A stretch of 64,000 nt of DNA from Octopus vulgaris (GCA_951406725.2 OX597819.1:88350001-88414000); one strand, 5' to 3'. Counted from the first letter of the stretch, positions 1 to 12,139 are shown. Numbers and translations: made by a program. The notes: generated from the sequence alone by a model not told the origin.

Positions 1-611
1 AGGCCTGGCTGATCTTGATAATTGGGATCGCCTCAAAACATTGAAACTTTATTCTCTCCAGCGTCGCCACATCATGTTAAGAATATACTACCAGCATTGC
101 CCAAACGACTTTAATATTAAATTCAGAGTTCTTCTAAGGCTGGGGCAACTTGCCATACCCACCTCTACACAATTCGGGCTCATAACACATTAATTCACTG
201 CAACACAATTTCTTTTCCTCAACAGGTTCTGTTCAATTTAATATTATCTCAAAACAAATAAAAGAAGGAAAAGGTCTTATCACCTTCGAACGAAACCTGG
301 ACAAATTTCTTTAAAAGATACCAGATAGACCACCTGTATCCGGATACATGTTAGTCAACAACAACTCCTTACTTGAATGGTCCATGATACTACAAAACTT
401 AACTTTAAAATGACTTAACAGATTCTATCAGGTGGTGCTATCGGGTGGTGTTATAAAAAAGAGAATGCAAAAGAAATATATAAACTGGCTTTATTAACCG
501 AATTACCTTAAAGATGAGATGATTTGTGTGGATTTCCGCTCTTACTTTAAGACAAAGATTCGCTTGAGTTTCGGCTCGTACAGCAAATTACTGGTACAAT
601 GGTGCACTAGA

Positions 612-630
612 ACTGTGAGGTTCTACTGTA
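612..630 (-). mobile_element. Terminal inverted repeat end of a pogo/Tigger-like DNA transposon or MITE (body extends leftwards)
   Basis: gaggttctactg-TA reads TA-CAGTAGAACCTC on the minus strand, a Tigger/pogo-type terminus abutting TA. The other end is not identified. Confidence 0.4.
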
Positions 631-795
631 TATATATATATATATATAAAAAGCAATAAAGATTCAAGTTAATTTAAATGAATTTACTTGAATATGGTAC
701 CTAACTTAGATGCACCAAAAAAAAACTATACTGATTTAACAATACAGTAATGTGGGGTGATTATAAGCGAGAATGAAGCAACAAGAATGGATAGG

Positions 796-886
796 TTTTA
801 GTACAATCGTTTCATACAAGGACAGGTTTTATTAAAAGTTGCAAAAATTACAGCATATAAACGTGTCCCGTACTCATCAGCTAAAA
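796..886 (-). ncRNA. Type I hammerhead ribozyme motif (intact-looking copy)
   Basis: Minus strand: UUUUAG-CUGAUGA-[GUACGGGACA...UGUCCUUGUAU]-GAAA-C-GAUU-G-UA-CUAAAA. Stem I is 6 bp, stem II is long, stem III is minimal, and the cleavage triplet is GUA. Confidence 0.75.
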
Positions 887-1001
887 TACATGTGAGTTCT
901 CTAGACATCCTAGTGGTTGAGGCTATACTCATGAAGTAATGTAGATAATTACTTCATGAGTATAGCCTCAACCACTAGGATGTCTAGAGAACTCACATGT
1001 A

Positions 1002-1088
1002 TTTTAGCTGATGAGTACGGGACACGTTTATATGCTGTAATTTTTGCAACTTTTAATAAAACCTGTCCTTGAAACGATTGTACTAAAA
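1002..1088 (+). ncRNA. Type I hammerhead ribozyme motif (copy with a 4-nt deletion at the base of stem II)
   Basis: ttttag 1002-1007, CTGATGA 1008-1014, GAAA 1071-1074, C-gatt-G-TA 1075-1082, ctaaaa 1083-1088. It lacks 'gtat' before GAAA relative to the minus-strand copy. Confidence 0.65.
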
Positions 1089-1112
1089 ACCTATCCATTC
1101 TTGTTGCTTCAT

Positions 1113-1174
<62 letters not shown>

Positions 1175-1177
<3 letters not shown>

Positions 1178-1369
1178 ATTGCCATGATTGACCGCTAACT
1201 CCACAAGCTTTATTATTCTCTCTCTGTTCATTTCCTTGTGTTCCTTTCTCTCGAAGAGCGTAGGCTCGAAATGTAAAAGACTTTCTCACCTTCCCGAGCG
1301 TCAAACTAATACACCTGCTTGTTGTTTATACACCTGCCTTCGTCTTTAGTTTTTATGTAAATTTCAACT
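1175..1369 (+). mobile_element. Penelope-like pseudo-LTR fragment with a degenerate minimal hammerhead motif (about 1244-1281)
   Basis: tcGAAGAG-cgtagg-CTC-GAAA-tg-TA-aaaga: the GAG/CTC stem II and GAAA are present but the CUGA core is altered. It sits between TA microsatellites. Confidence 0.45.
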
Positions 1370-1779
1370 AGATAAATATATAGATAGATATATAGATAGA
1401 CATACACACACATATATACACGCATACACACACACGCACGCACACACACATTGTGCTAAGACACAGAAAAGATCTCATAACATTCGAACGGGTACTGAGC
1501 AAGCATCTACAAATTTTGGATAAACCATCTACACCCGGATATATCTCTGCAAACAATAACTCTTTCCTTGCGTGATGCCAAAATAATGACTGCAATATGA
1601 AATCACATGAAATGTCTTTTCCAGGCGGTGCCATTAAGTTACGCATGGCCTGAGTCAATTTTGGCGGAAACTACACACACACACACAAACACGCGCACAC
1701 ACACACACACATACATATACATACATACATACATACATACATACATACAGACAGACAGACAGACAGACAGACGGACAGA

Positions 1780-2550
1780 CAGGGAGCGGTGAATGAACTG
1801 CCATCTAAATAATGCAAAAATGCAAATAACACTGAAATCGCATTTTAATAGATATATTTAGAAAAATTACATAAAATTATCTTGAAATACTAAAGAATGA
1901 CTTTATTAAATAAAATCACCATTGGCTTCAACCACGGCCTGAAGACGACTTCGGATCCTCCTGCAACTCTTTTGGACGGTCTCCTTGTTTAAGTTGGTTT
2001 TCTTGTCTTCGGTTCATCTTTTGTGTTACATGGAGTTCTGTTAGTCTCTCGCGCAATTGTTCCCCGCCGATAATAATCAAAGGGGTTGCAGTCTGGGGAG
2101 TTAGGTGGTCAGATATTAGGTGTGATGTAGTCGCAGAAATTGTCTGACAGCCTTGACTGGGTTCTCCTGCTTGTGTGGCATGGTGCACAGTCCTGTTGCC
2201 TAACAAAACGTCTTCCAACAGTCAGCCTCTTGACTCAGAGCAGCACTACCTCCTCCAGGTACTTGAGGCAGTCCTCCGTGAGAGAAGATGAATGGAGGCA
2301 TAACGTCGCCATCACTAGTGATCACTCCAAACACCATGATGTTGGCTGGATTTTTGATTTTTATCACTCTTGGTTCATGTCCTCAGACTGCACTGTCCTC
2401 TGATAGACACCGAAATACTCTGAACTTTTGTATTGGAGCTTTCAGCGCGAGTGCCATGCAGTACGACATGTCGTTTCCAAATTTCTGACAGAGTAAATTG
2501 CGTCATGGTGTTGTTTTTCTTACAGACAGTGCCCGACTGACCCTCCTATA
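1780..2550 (-). pseudogene. Tc1/mariner (maT/DD37D-like) transposase remnant, C-terminal catalytic part
   Basis: Manual minus-strand reading gives ...NPANIMVFGVITSDGDVMPPFIF...QQDCAPCHTS...PPNSPDCNPFDYY, with stops and frameshifts. Confidence 0.8.
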
Positions 2551-2629
2551 CTATATAGTCGACAAAATCAAAAACAATACGCATGTGCGAAATTAAATAT
2601 CTAAAATGGCGACCATTTACCCGTCGCAT

Positions 2630-2787
2630 CCTGTACATACATACATACATACATATATATATACATATAAACATACATGCATATATACATTCGTACATAA
2701 ATGCATTCATACATACACACATATACATACACACATGCTTACATGCATACATACATACATACATACATACATACATACAAACATACA

Positions 2788-2851
<64 letters not shown>

Positions 2852-3025
2852 CACAAGCTTCTTTCGGTTTCCGTCTACCAAATCTAATCAGAAGGCTTTG
2901 ATATACAAACATACATACATGCATGCATGCATTCATACATACATACATACATACATACATACATACATACATACATACATACATACATACATACAAACAT
3001 ACAAACATACATACATACATGTGTG
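2630..3025. repeat. Compound (TACA)n/(CA)n/(TA)n microsatellite with an embedded SINE fragment (2855-2900)
   Basis: Direct inspection. Confidence 0.9.
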
Positions 3026-4097
3026 TACGTGCGGAACGCCCTCCTTCACCAAATGCTAATCACGTAAAATTGGTCTTTGAAAAGGTGATTATACACTGGC
3101 GGTGCTCACCATGACTACTACCTTAGGGCTGTAACGTATAAAAGAATATATATATATAGAAATAACTATAACTAGTTATAGAAATAACTACATTGTAGTT
3201 ATATATTATATATCATTGTTTGCTAATTTTGCCCTTATATTTAAATTAGTCATGTATCACTGTTGACGATGACGCTGGTTATAAGAATATCAAATTTTTA
3301 CGAGAATTTGAGTCAATTAAGAAATATGTAGTGGCCATTTTGGATCTAACTGGGTCTATACTCGTTCTGTCCAAAAGACTAAGAAAGGTAGATCGATCAG
3401 CTACACATAATAGTCTCAGCTACACACATTTCAGCCCTAAGTAACTATGGCAGCGAGCAGTTTTTATAGATAAGAAGTAGGCTGTGTCGGTGGTGGGGCG
3501 TACTTCCTAAATAACAGAAGCGAGTTCGGACAATTGTATAAATCATCACTAGTTCTCTCATATCCTAGTGTTCAAGAAAATATATAAACAACAGTACAGC
3601 AACAATGTCCCAGCTGGTAACAACCTCAGTACAGAAGCAGTAAAAGCACGGATCACAGCAGTAGCAGCTGTAACAACAACAACAACAACAACAATAACAC
3701 TACCAAGAACCCGACTATGCGTTACTGCTACCATTAAAGCACGTGCGTGACTGCTGCTCGCAATCAGATATAATCAAATGGGAAGTGGAAAAAACATTAA
3801 AAAACCCAGTCTTTACCTTATTTTATAGTCAGATACTGAATGGGGTACAGTGTTTACAGCGAGAGTCAAAAGAAAATCTACAGAGGTAATGTTATCGGCT
3901 GTCGGTCAATATAGCTGACAAACACACAGAATAAAAGTAAAAGGCCTTAATTTATAAACATTGAATGTACTGATGTACTTGTCCTGCTGCAGTTGTCACT
4001 CTGCAGCAATTAAGAATGATCGAGAATGGCCGAAATAAAACGAAAGTAATAAAAAGATAATTGAATAAAAAAAAAAAAAAAAAACTTACCATACCAT

Positions 4098-4260
4098 AGG
4101 CGCAGGCGTGACTGTGTAGTAAGAAGGTTGCTTCCTAACCACATGGTTCCGAGTTCAGTCCCACTACGTGGCACCTTGGGAAGCTGTTTTCTACTATAAC
4201 TTCGGGCCGACTAAAGTCTTGTGAGTGGATTTGGCAGACGGAAACTGAAAGAAGCCTGTC

Positions 4261-4310
<50 letters not shown>

Positions 4311-4535
4311 ATATGTGTGTGTGTGTGTGTGTGTGTCTTTGTGTCTGTGTTTGTCTCCCAGTACCGCTTGACAACCGGTGTTGGTGTGTTTACATCCCGA
4401 TAACCTGCGGTTCGGCAAAGGTAAACGATAGAATATGTACTAGGTTTACAAAAAGAAAAAGTATTGGGTTCGCTTAATCCGGCTAAGAATCATTCAAGGC
4501 GATGCCCCAGCATGACTGAAATAAGTAAAAGATAA
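4098..4535 (+). mobile_element. tRNA-derived SINE family A (CORE-like), full length with internal (CT)n/(GT)n
   Basis: Head ggcgcaggcgtgactgtgtagtaagaag with B-box-like gagttcagtccc, CORE-like accttgggaag, and tail ccagcatgactgaaataagtaaaag. More than 15 homologous copies occur in the window. Confidence 0.85.
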
Positions 4536-4679
4536 TTACTCGATAAAAACAAACACCTGGACATGCCACTAAAATAAGCTAAGCTGCTTTCTCTCAAAAT
4601 GAAGAAGAGAGCATATTTGAACAACGATAAATATCAAATGCTGAGGTACTCTCGGTAAGTGTAAAATTAATAATAAACC

Positions 4680-4985
4680 TGTTGTATCTTGGGAGAGTCA
4701 TTTTCTTTTTGTGCCTTATAATTTAACACACTCACCGGTAAAATTTCCACATATTTCTTATTTTTATTTTCCTAAAATAGTCAAGACTATTGAAAAGGTT
4801 GCAAGAAGCAACGAAAATTTTAGGAAAATAAAAATAAGAAATAAGTGGAAATTTTACCGGTGTGTTAAATTATGAGGCACAAAAAGGAAATGACTCTCCC
4901 CAGATACAACAAAATATGCTTCAACACACGAACTCACATAAAGAATCTTGCAAACCAAATCCAAAAACGAAATAGAATAATTAAT
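4680..4985. mobile_element. Divergent inverted repeat (arms 4680-4778 and 4817-4911), probable Penelope-like pseudo-LTR
   Basis: About 95-bp arms are near reverse complements. The spacer contains a gttgc-aagaa-gcaac hairpin followed by GAAA, a hammerhead-like layout with a degenerate core. Confidence 0.55.
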
Positions 4986-5065
4986 CCATAGCTACCAACT
5001 GCAATTGAATGGTAGTTTATACATTAAACCAGTGATTCTCAAATTAACAAACATCAGCTCCACAT

Positions 5066-5935
5066 AATCCTTTCGACTAAAGGCACAAGACCTGAAATTC
5101 GGAGAAATCAGTGCGTAACTGGTACTTATTTCATCGACCCCGAAAGGATAAAAGGCAAAGTAGACCTCGGCGGCATATGAACTCAGAACGTACAGACGCA
5201 CGACGAAATGCTACGAAACATTTCACCCGGCGTGCTAACGATTCTGTCGTAATAATCCTTTCTACTATAGGCACAAGGCTTGAAATTTGGTGGGAGGAGG
5301 TATAGTCGATCGATTACATCGACTCCAGTGTGTAACTGGTACTTAATTTATTAACCCCGAAAGGATGAAAGACAAAGTCGACCTCGATTCTACCATAATA
5401 ATAGTTATGATATTAAATTTTGGCACAAGGCGAGCAGTCTTGTAGGTGGTAGGAAGGTCCTAGTTGATTACATCGACCCAACTTCTCAACTGGCACTTAT
5501 TTTATCGGCCATGGAAGGATGAAAAGCAAAGTCGACCTCGGTGGAATTCGAACTCAGAACGTAAATACGGAAGAACTGCCACTAAGCATTTTGTCCGGTG
5601 TGCTGACGATTTTTCTGTCAGCTCACTGCTTTTAATTCTTTCTAATTTGGGCACAAGAGCAGCAATTTTTAAGAGAAGGAGAAGCCATTTACATCGGCCC
5701 CAGAACTTGGCTGGTACTTTGTTTTATCGATCCCGGGGAGATGAGAGACAAAGCTGACTTCGGCGGAGTTTGAACTCGGAAGAAATACCGGGTAGAAATC
5801 TCGCTAAATCATTTTGTCCGACACTGTAACGATTCTGCCAGTTCGCCGCCTTAGCAATAACAAAAACAACAATAATGATAATAATGATTTCAAATTTTGG
5901 CACAAGTTCATGGAGGAAGTAAGCCGATTACATTG
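5066..5935 (-). mobile_element. Cluster of 4-5 head-to-tail SINE family B copies (Meta-domain-like)
   Basis: Repeated block tcgaccccgaaaggatgaaaggcaaagtcgacctcggcggaatttgaactcagaacg, with tRNA-like heads ending gctcgccgcctt. Confidence 0.85.
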
Positions 5936-6474
5936 AGTTCAATGCCACTACATACAGATGGAGCATGTAGGGATATCTCAGAGACTCACAAAATTACAGG
6001 TCAACGCGCGCGTGCACACATATACAGAAATATTTTAGAGGAAAATTTTAGAGTCACCGTTTTGGACAGAAAGGGTGCAATGGATTTTTCATAATTGATG
6101 AGAGGGGTAGACACGAGAGAGCCGGGAGATTTTGATCGACGGTAGCGTAAGACCAGCTAACTCGGAAGTATAGAAATCACTATAGAACCGGTAATAAAGC
6201 TGGAGAGAGGAGACAAAATGTCTACGAACCAGAAATTAGAAGTGGTGTTCTTATTGGGTAAATTTATGTCAAATAATCAAGTTGTCTTTCTTTAAACACA
6301 GTCTATGATGTCTGCACTATTGAATCAGCACCTTCCAATTGTCTTTGTTCGATTTTCCTGTCCACTTGTCTATATTCCGGTAGCTTCCAAGTCTATAAGA
6401 GATGCTATCTCGAAATGAATACCGCAGTATATCAGGTTTTCGACAATGTATATAATTCAAGTATGATACACAGA

Positions 6475-6650
6475 TACTACATACATACATACATACATAC
6501 ATACATACATACATACATACATACATACATACATACACACATACATACACACATACATACATACATACATACATACATACATACATACATACATACATAC
6601 ATACATACATACAAATGTGTTGTCTGTATATAAACATATATATATTTACA

Positions 6651-6704
<54 letters not shown>

Positions 6705-6740
6705 TATACATAAATGTGTGTGTATATACATGTAAATATA

Positions 6741-6792
<52 letters not shown>

Positions 6793-6874
6793 TATATTTA
6801 CATGTATATACACACACATATATATATATATATATACATATGTATATGCATATATATAAATGTATATATATACA

Positions 6875-6964
<90 letters not shown>

Positions 6965-7050
6965 CGTGTACGTATACATACACACATAGAAACATGTACA
7001 ATGATTGTGTGTGTGTGTATGTGTGTATGTGTGTGCGCGTGTGTATGCAC
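6475..7050. repeat. Compound (TACA)n/(TA)n/(CA)n/(TG)n microsatellite
   Basis: Direct inspection. Confidence 0.9.
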
Positions 7051-7884
7051 TGATTACACTTACACATTAGAAGCCAATATCTTTTTTGTTCCTTTCTTTT
7101 TGGTTCCTGTCTACTAAAACTCAATAACAATAATTCTCTCTCTCTCTCTCCTTCTCTCCTCTCCTTCTCTTTCTTTCTCTCTCACTCTGACGACTTTTAA
7201 ACAATCGCCTAAATAGAACATTCCAATGTTTCTAATAAAAACAGCATATTTCAACTATATTAATTGAAAAAAAATGTTCTTCTGTTTATTTGTTTATAAC
7301 GACGTAATTTAATAAATAAACGATGGAGACGATGCATTTAAACTTTGACAAAAATAGAAAAACAGATAAAAGGAAAGAGAAACGAATGAAAATGAGAAAC
7401 AGAAAAGAGAATGGGAGGTAGTGAAAGAGAAAGAGGTGATAGAAAAAAAGAGAGAGTACATGCTCTTGTATCACACTTTAGACAAATACGCTTTGAAAAT
7501 TTAAATTTAAATTTAATAGTTCTGTAGCTGCTCGAATATATACGAAACGTCAATTTACCAATTTAAAGACACAATAAACCTAGACAAGTGAACGAGAAAG
7601 CTTCCACGTGGTCACACGACTTTGCTAGAAATGGCAATCAAATTTACCTTTAATCACGCCTAACGGTCTTAAAGAGGGTTCCAAGGGATTCTGAAAAAAA
7701 AGCAGAAATAGGACAATCATTGATAGGACATCATTACTTATAGATGTTCTCGACCATGGCTAGATTGATGTTAAAGATGTCTGATATTCCAGGTAGTCCC
7801 GAATTAATTAAAAAATGGGCATAACCTGTTATTAACTCACAACGATCATTCAAATTACACATTATTAGAATAAGTCTTGCTTCT

Positions 7885-8640
7885 GTGCTTTTTCATACCA
7901 AGCAAATAATGAATTCCAAGCCGAAGCATTGTGCCGTCATTGAGTTCTTAACAAAGGAGAGACGCACGCTGTCCGACATCCACAGAAGGTTGCAGGTTGT
8001 TTCTGAAGATGACACCACTGACAAAAGCAGTTTGAACAGATGGATGAAATTTGAAGAAGGGGAAACCAGCATTGAAGACAAACCATGCAGTGGTAGATTA
8101 TCAGTTGCGACCACTAACATGAATCACCAGAGTAGATTAATTGATTTGTGCGTTCAGACGAGTCGCTATCAATGAACTTGTACAATTGAACTGTGGTCAC
8201 AATACAATGCAGAAGATTGTGAGAGACTTTGGATATTAGGAAGTGTGTATAAATTGGGTCCCTCGTCAGCTACCACCCGATTTGAAAATGAGAAGGGTGG
8301 AAGTCAGCTCTTTTCTACTGGAATCGTTTCAAGCCATCCTGATTTGATGACAAGTGATGAAACATGGGCGTATCTTTATGATTTGGAAGCGGATTGATGG
8401 AATGGTGTCACATCTCGAAGGTTTAATAAGTCCAAAAGTCTGCAATCGCACAAAATATCCGCCAACTACTTTGGGGATAATAATGGCATCATTCTCCTTG
8501 ATTTCCTGGGATGTGGCTAAAGCATGACCAGCAAGTAATATATTGAGACACTAAAAAAACTTGGCGAAGCCATTAGGAAGACGAAACCGAACGAGAAACT
8601 GAAAATAATTTACAATTACCATGACAATGTGTATCCTATA
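7885..8640 (+). pseudogene. Mariner (Mos1/SETMAR-like, DD34D) transposase pseudogene
   Basis: N-terminal HTH (AVIEFLTKE...IHRRLQ...RW..FEEGETSIEDKPCSGR), then WVPRQL, TSDETW and HDN motifs, in broken frames. Confidence 0.85.
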
Positions 8641-8719
8641 TCGAACGAGCTATATCAGTTAAAAAGAAATTATATTCACTTTTATATGAGGGACAACCTT
8701 CATATCTTGCTCTGCTATA

Positions 8720-9255
8720 AGGAAGGTAAGCTTTGATAAAGTACCCGACAAGGATGTCATTCCTATACTGCTGTACAAAGCCCTCGACCAGAAGTCACTC
8801 GAAGTATTACAGAACATCCCGTCAGTATCTGAGGAAATACCACCCAACCTCCGGGATGCTGGAATAGTTACCCTCTATAGGGTTCACGAACCGATTGTGG
8901 AAACGATCGAGATATCTCTCTCTCTACTCCCCATTGCCTGCAAAATTCTAGCTCGCATTATCCTTAATAGATTTATAAGCAACAGTATCCGAAAAAATGT
9001 TTCTCTGAATCACAGTGCGGATTCCGGCATCATGAATATGATATTCACTGTTAGACAACTTCCAAACCAAGTGGCGTACACAGTGCCACAAAGCAATTTA
9101 TCAGAGACGCAGAAAGGCGTTCGCTCCTATCCTAATAAGCTTTGTTCCCAACCCGACCTGCAACCGTAACTGTTCGTCTAACGCCGGCTTAAGAAGTCAC
9201 ATGAACGTCCTATCCCATAATCGTCTTTCTTAGTCTCAAGAGACTACCAAAGAAT
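8720..9255 (+). mobile_element. RTE-clade LINE remnant (RT start joined to the 3' zinc-knuckle region and tail; internally deleted)
   Basis: ISLSLLPIACKILARIILNR...SQCGFR...MIFTVRQL, followed by the terminal motif TCNRNCSSNAGLRSHM. Confidence 0.75.
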
Positions 9256-9349
9256 ATATATATGCAGCCGCTTTGAAGGGTTTAGCCGAATAAATCGCCC
9301 TCAGAGCTATTTAAGTCTGATACTTATGCTATTGGTTTCTCTTTTACCG

Positions 9350-9403
<54 letters not shown>

Positions 9404-9407
<4 letters not shown>

Positions 9408-9664
9408 TTTTATTCTTTTACTTCTTTCAGTCATTTGACTGCGACCATTCCGGAGCACCGCCTTTAGTCCAACAAATCGACCCCAGGACTTAGTCTTTGT
9501 AAGCCTTGTACCTTGTCTCTTGGTTTCTTGCTGAACCGCTAAAATATGGGGACGTAGACACACCAACATCGGTTGTCAAGCAATGGCGGGTGAGAGGACA
9601 AACACACACACACACACACACAGACACACGTACACACACACACACACGCGCGCGCACGTATACA

Positions 9665-9700
<36 letters not shown>

Positions 9701-9907
9701 TGTATGTATGTATGTATGTATGTATGTATGTATGTATGTATGTATGTATGTGTGTATGTATGTATGTATCCATCTACCAAATCCACTCATAAGGCTGTGG
9801 TCGGCCCGAGGCTATAATAGAAGATACTTGCCCAAGGTACTAGGCAGTAGGACTGAACCCGGAACCATGTGGTTTGGAAGCAAGCTTCTTACCACACAGC
9901 TACGCCT
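9404..9907 (-). mobile_element. SINE family A, full length, with internal (CA)n/(TATG)n
   Basis: Reverse complement of the family A sequence seen at 4098 and 43972. Confidence 0.9.
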
Positions 9908-10188
9908 TTCTTATTTTAAGCTTGAAACACTACCTTTTACGCAGTTAACCGAACCTTGTTGATTCATTATTTTTCTTTTGCTCGCCTACAATATAGTGTG
10001 TTATTCTCGGAGATTTTAAGGTGGTAATAGGGGCTTTAGTGTCTATTTCTTGCAGTGCGTGGTGAGGCGTAAAGCTGATTCTTTGTTATAATTATGTATA
10101 TAATTATAAAATATTTTGTAAAATTTACCTATGAAGTTTTTATTTCTGCGCTGGCCACCTGGTAAAATTAACATTGATTTTACCCTTT

Positions 10189-10315
<127 letters not shown>

Positions 10316-10501
10316 TATTGTAGGTTCGCTTGAAGCATTGTATATAGGGATATCTGAAGATAGAATTTTTATATTCCGAAATATTATATCAGACTATCGA
10401 TGATTAAATTATAACAGTTATTATAGTCCATTGTTGTTACTATAGTGCATTGATTCAAAACACATTATATATGTGTGCGTGTGTGTGTGTATGTATGTAT
10501 A

Positions 10502-10556
<55 letters not shown>

Positions 10557-10565
10557 ATATGAATG

Positions 10566-10601
<36 letters not shown>

Positions 10602-12139
10602 TATCACTGCATCAACCAGTCTATTGGACTTTGTTGTACATCGCTGGTCACGGTGTATGTAAGAATAAATGATCTCGACCTTCTACTACGGAGTGAGACC
10701 GTCCTAAGAGGCAACCAACAAGAGGTGAAACGTAGACATTCGATGACAGCCTATATGATATTGTGCATTTGCGTTCATGTTTGTTCGTGTATGTGCGTGC
10801 ATGCTTGCATCAAAGGAGAGGAGTGAAACTGATAAGAAGACTAAAAGATATACTGAGATAAATCAATCGGACTTGTGATTCAATAAATATTTTTATGGCT
10901 CCTGATTTTGCTCGTCTCTGTGGCTGCAGTGAAAGATGTCGTCTGTTGAAGGAGATTGTAAAGAAGTGAAACCAGGTACTTCATCTCCCACTTGAAATGC
11001 TACTTGAAGCGGTAGATAACGGCGAAGAGAGAATCTGATCGTCAGGTAAATCCTATAAAATAAGGGTAAAAGTGGCAAGTTCCACGTGTGTGAAAGGATT
11101 AAATCTTTAATGGTATAGACGTGAGAGGATGGATATTATTTCTCATGGGTATGATTTTGGGGCTAGGGTCTGAAGACTACTTGAGCTTCGTAAATTTGTC
11201 ACTAGCATTTATTCCAGCTAAGGAGGAAGCCTCTACGTCGTCATTTGGCCTGGTAGAAATAGCAACCAAGTCTCTGTTAAATACAGGCTACCGGCTTTAA
11301 AAAAAGAAAGACACTTTTGATAATATAGTCTTAGGCACACCTTATCTAAAAAGAAAAGAAACAATACTGAGACGGTCATGATCAGAATCGTTTAGCGGAT
11401 CTCGTGCTAAATTAGAACAGCAACCGACATATTTTTCTGCCACACCACCAGCGCCACCACCACTACTACCATCGTTATTATCGTCGTCACCGACTTCGTC
11501 CATCAACATCGTCGTCAACATCGTTGTCATCATCACCACCCTCTTTATCATTATCCGTTTTGACTTTCACTTACATTCGCCAGTATCGGGTAAATGATAG
11601 CCTGACACCGATATTTTCCCATCGTTAAAATATCCTTTTTATAATCCCAGTTGATATGTTATATTACATATAATGTATTTCGAACATCGCAATGAAACGT
11701 TTTCAAGGATATATATTTATTACATTGGAAACACATTTGACTAACTGGAATTTGAATATGCTGATTTGTGCATATCATATATCGGACGTAAATTTTCTTT
11801 CTTGTGACAGACGTCACCATGACTGAATACTAAAGTACCAGTCTCGGAGCCAGTGACAGCAAGTTTGGATGTTTCTATACTTTTATAAAAATGCTCCAAT
11901 CCTTGGTAGCTAGAGATTTTGGCGATGGAGACAGCACTTTTCGGTTTATTGTGTAAGCCTGTATTGTGGGCAGAAAATTCAAGGGCTGCCCTGAGCGGCA
12001 TACACCCTAGCTACGCTACAGCCAATACGACTTAATCCTTCCGAGGGTTGTTTTATTTCGGCTCTTTAGATTACTCGGTTTTTAATTAGTTCAGCGCTTT
12101 GCAAATGAATCACTTTCTCTGCTATTATTTGAAATCTTG

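Larger units (their letters stand above)
649..1116. mobile_element. Penelope-like element pseudo-LTR palindrome (divergent inverted repeat) inserted in (TA)n
   Basis: Arms 769-940 and 948-1116 are near-perfect reverse complements around a 7-nt loop (gtagata). Both arms carry hammerhead motifs, and (TA)n flanks both sides. Confidence 0.75.

Noticed and set aside
6317-7130. Long ORFs of YI/CV/HT repeats (also 15427-16441, 37588-38129, 50108-50526 and others)
   Set aside because: They are translations of (TA)n, (CA)n and (TACA)n microsatellites that lack stop codons, and are not genes.
10699-10738. gtc-ctaagag...gaaacgta-gac hammerhead-like string
   Set aside because: The core lacks a nucleotide and stem II does not pair convincingly, so it is likely chance.
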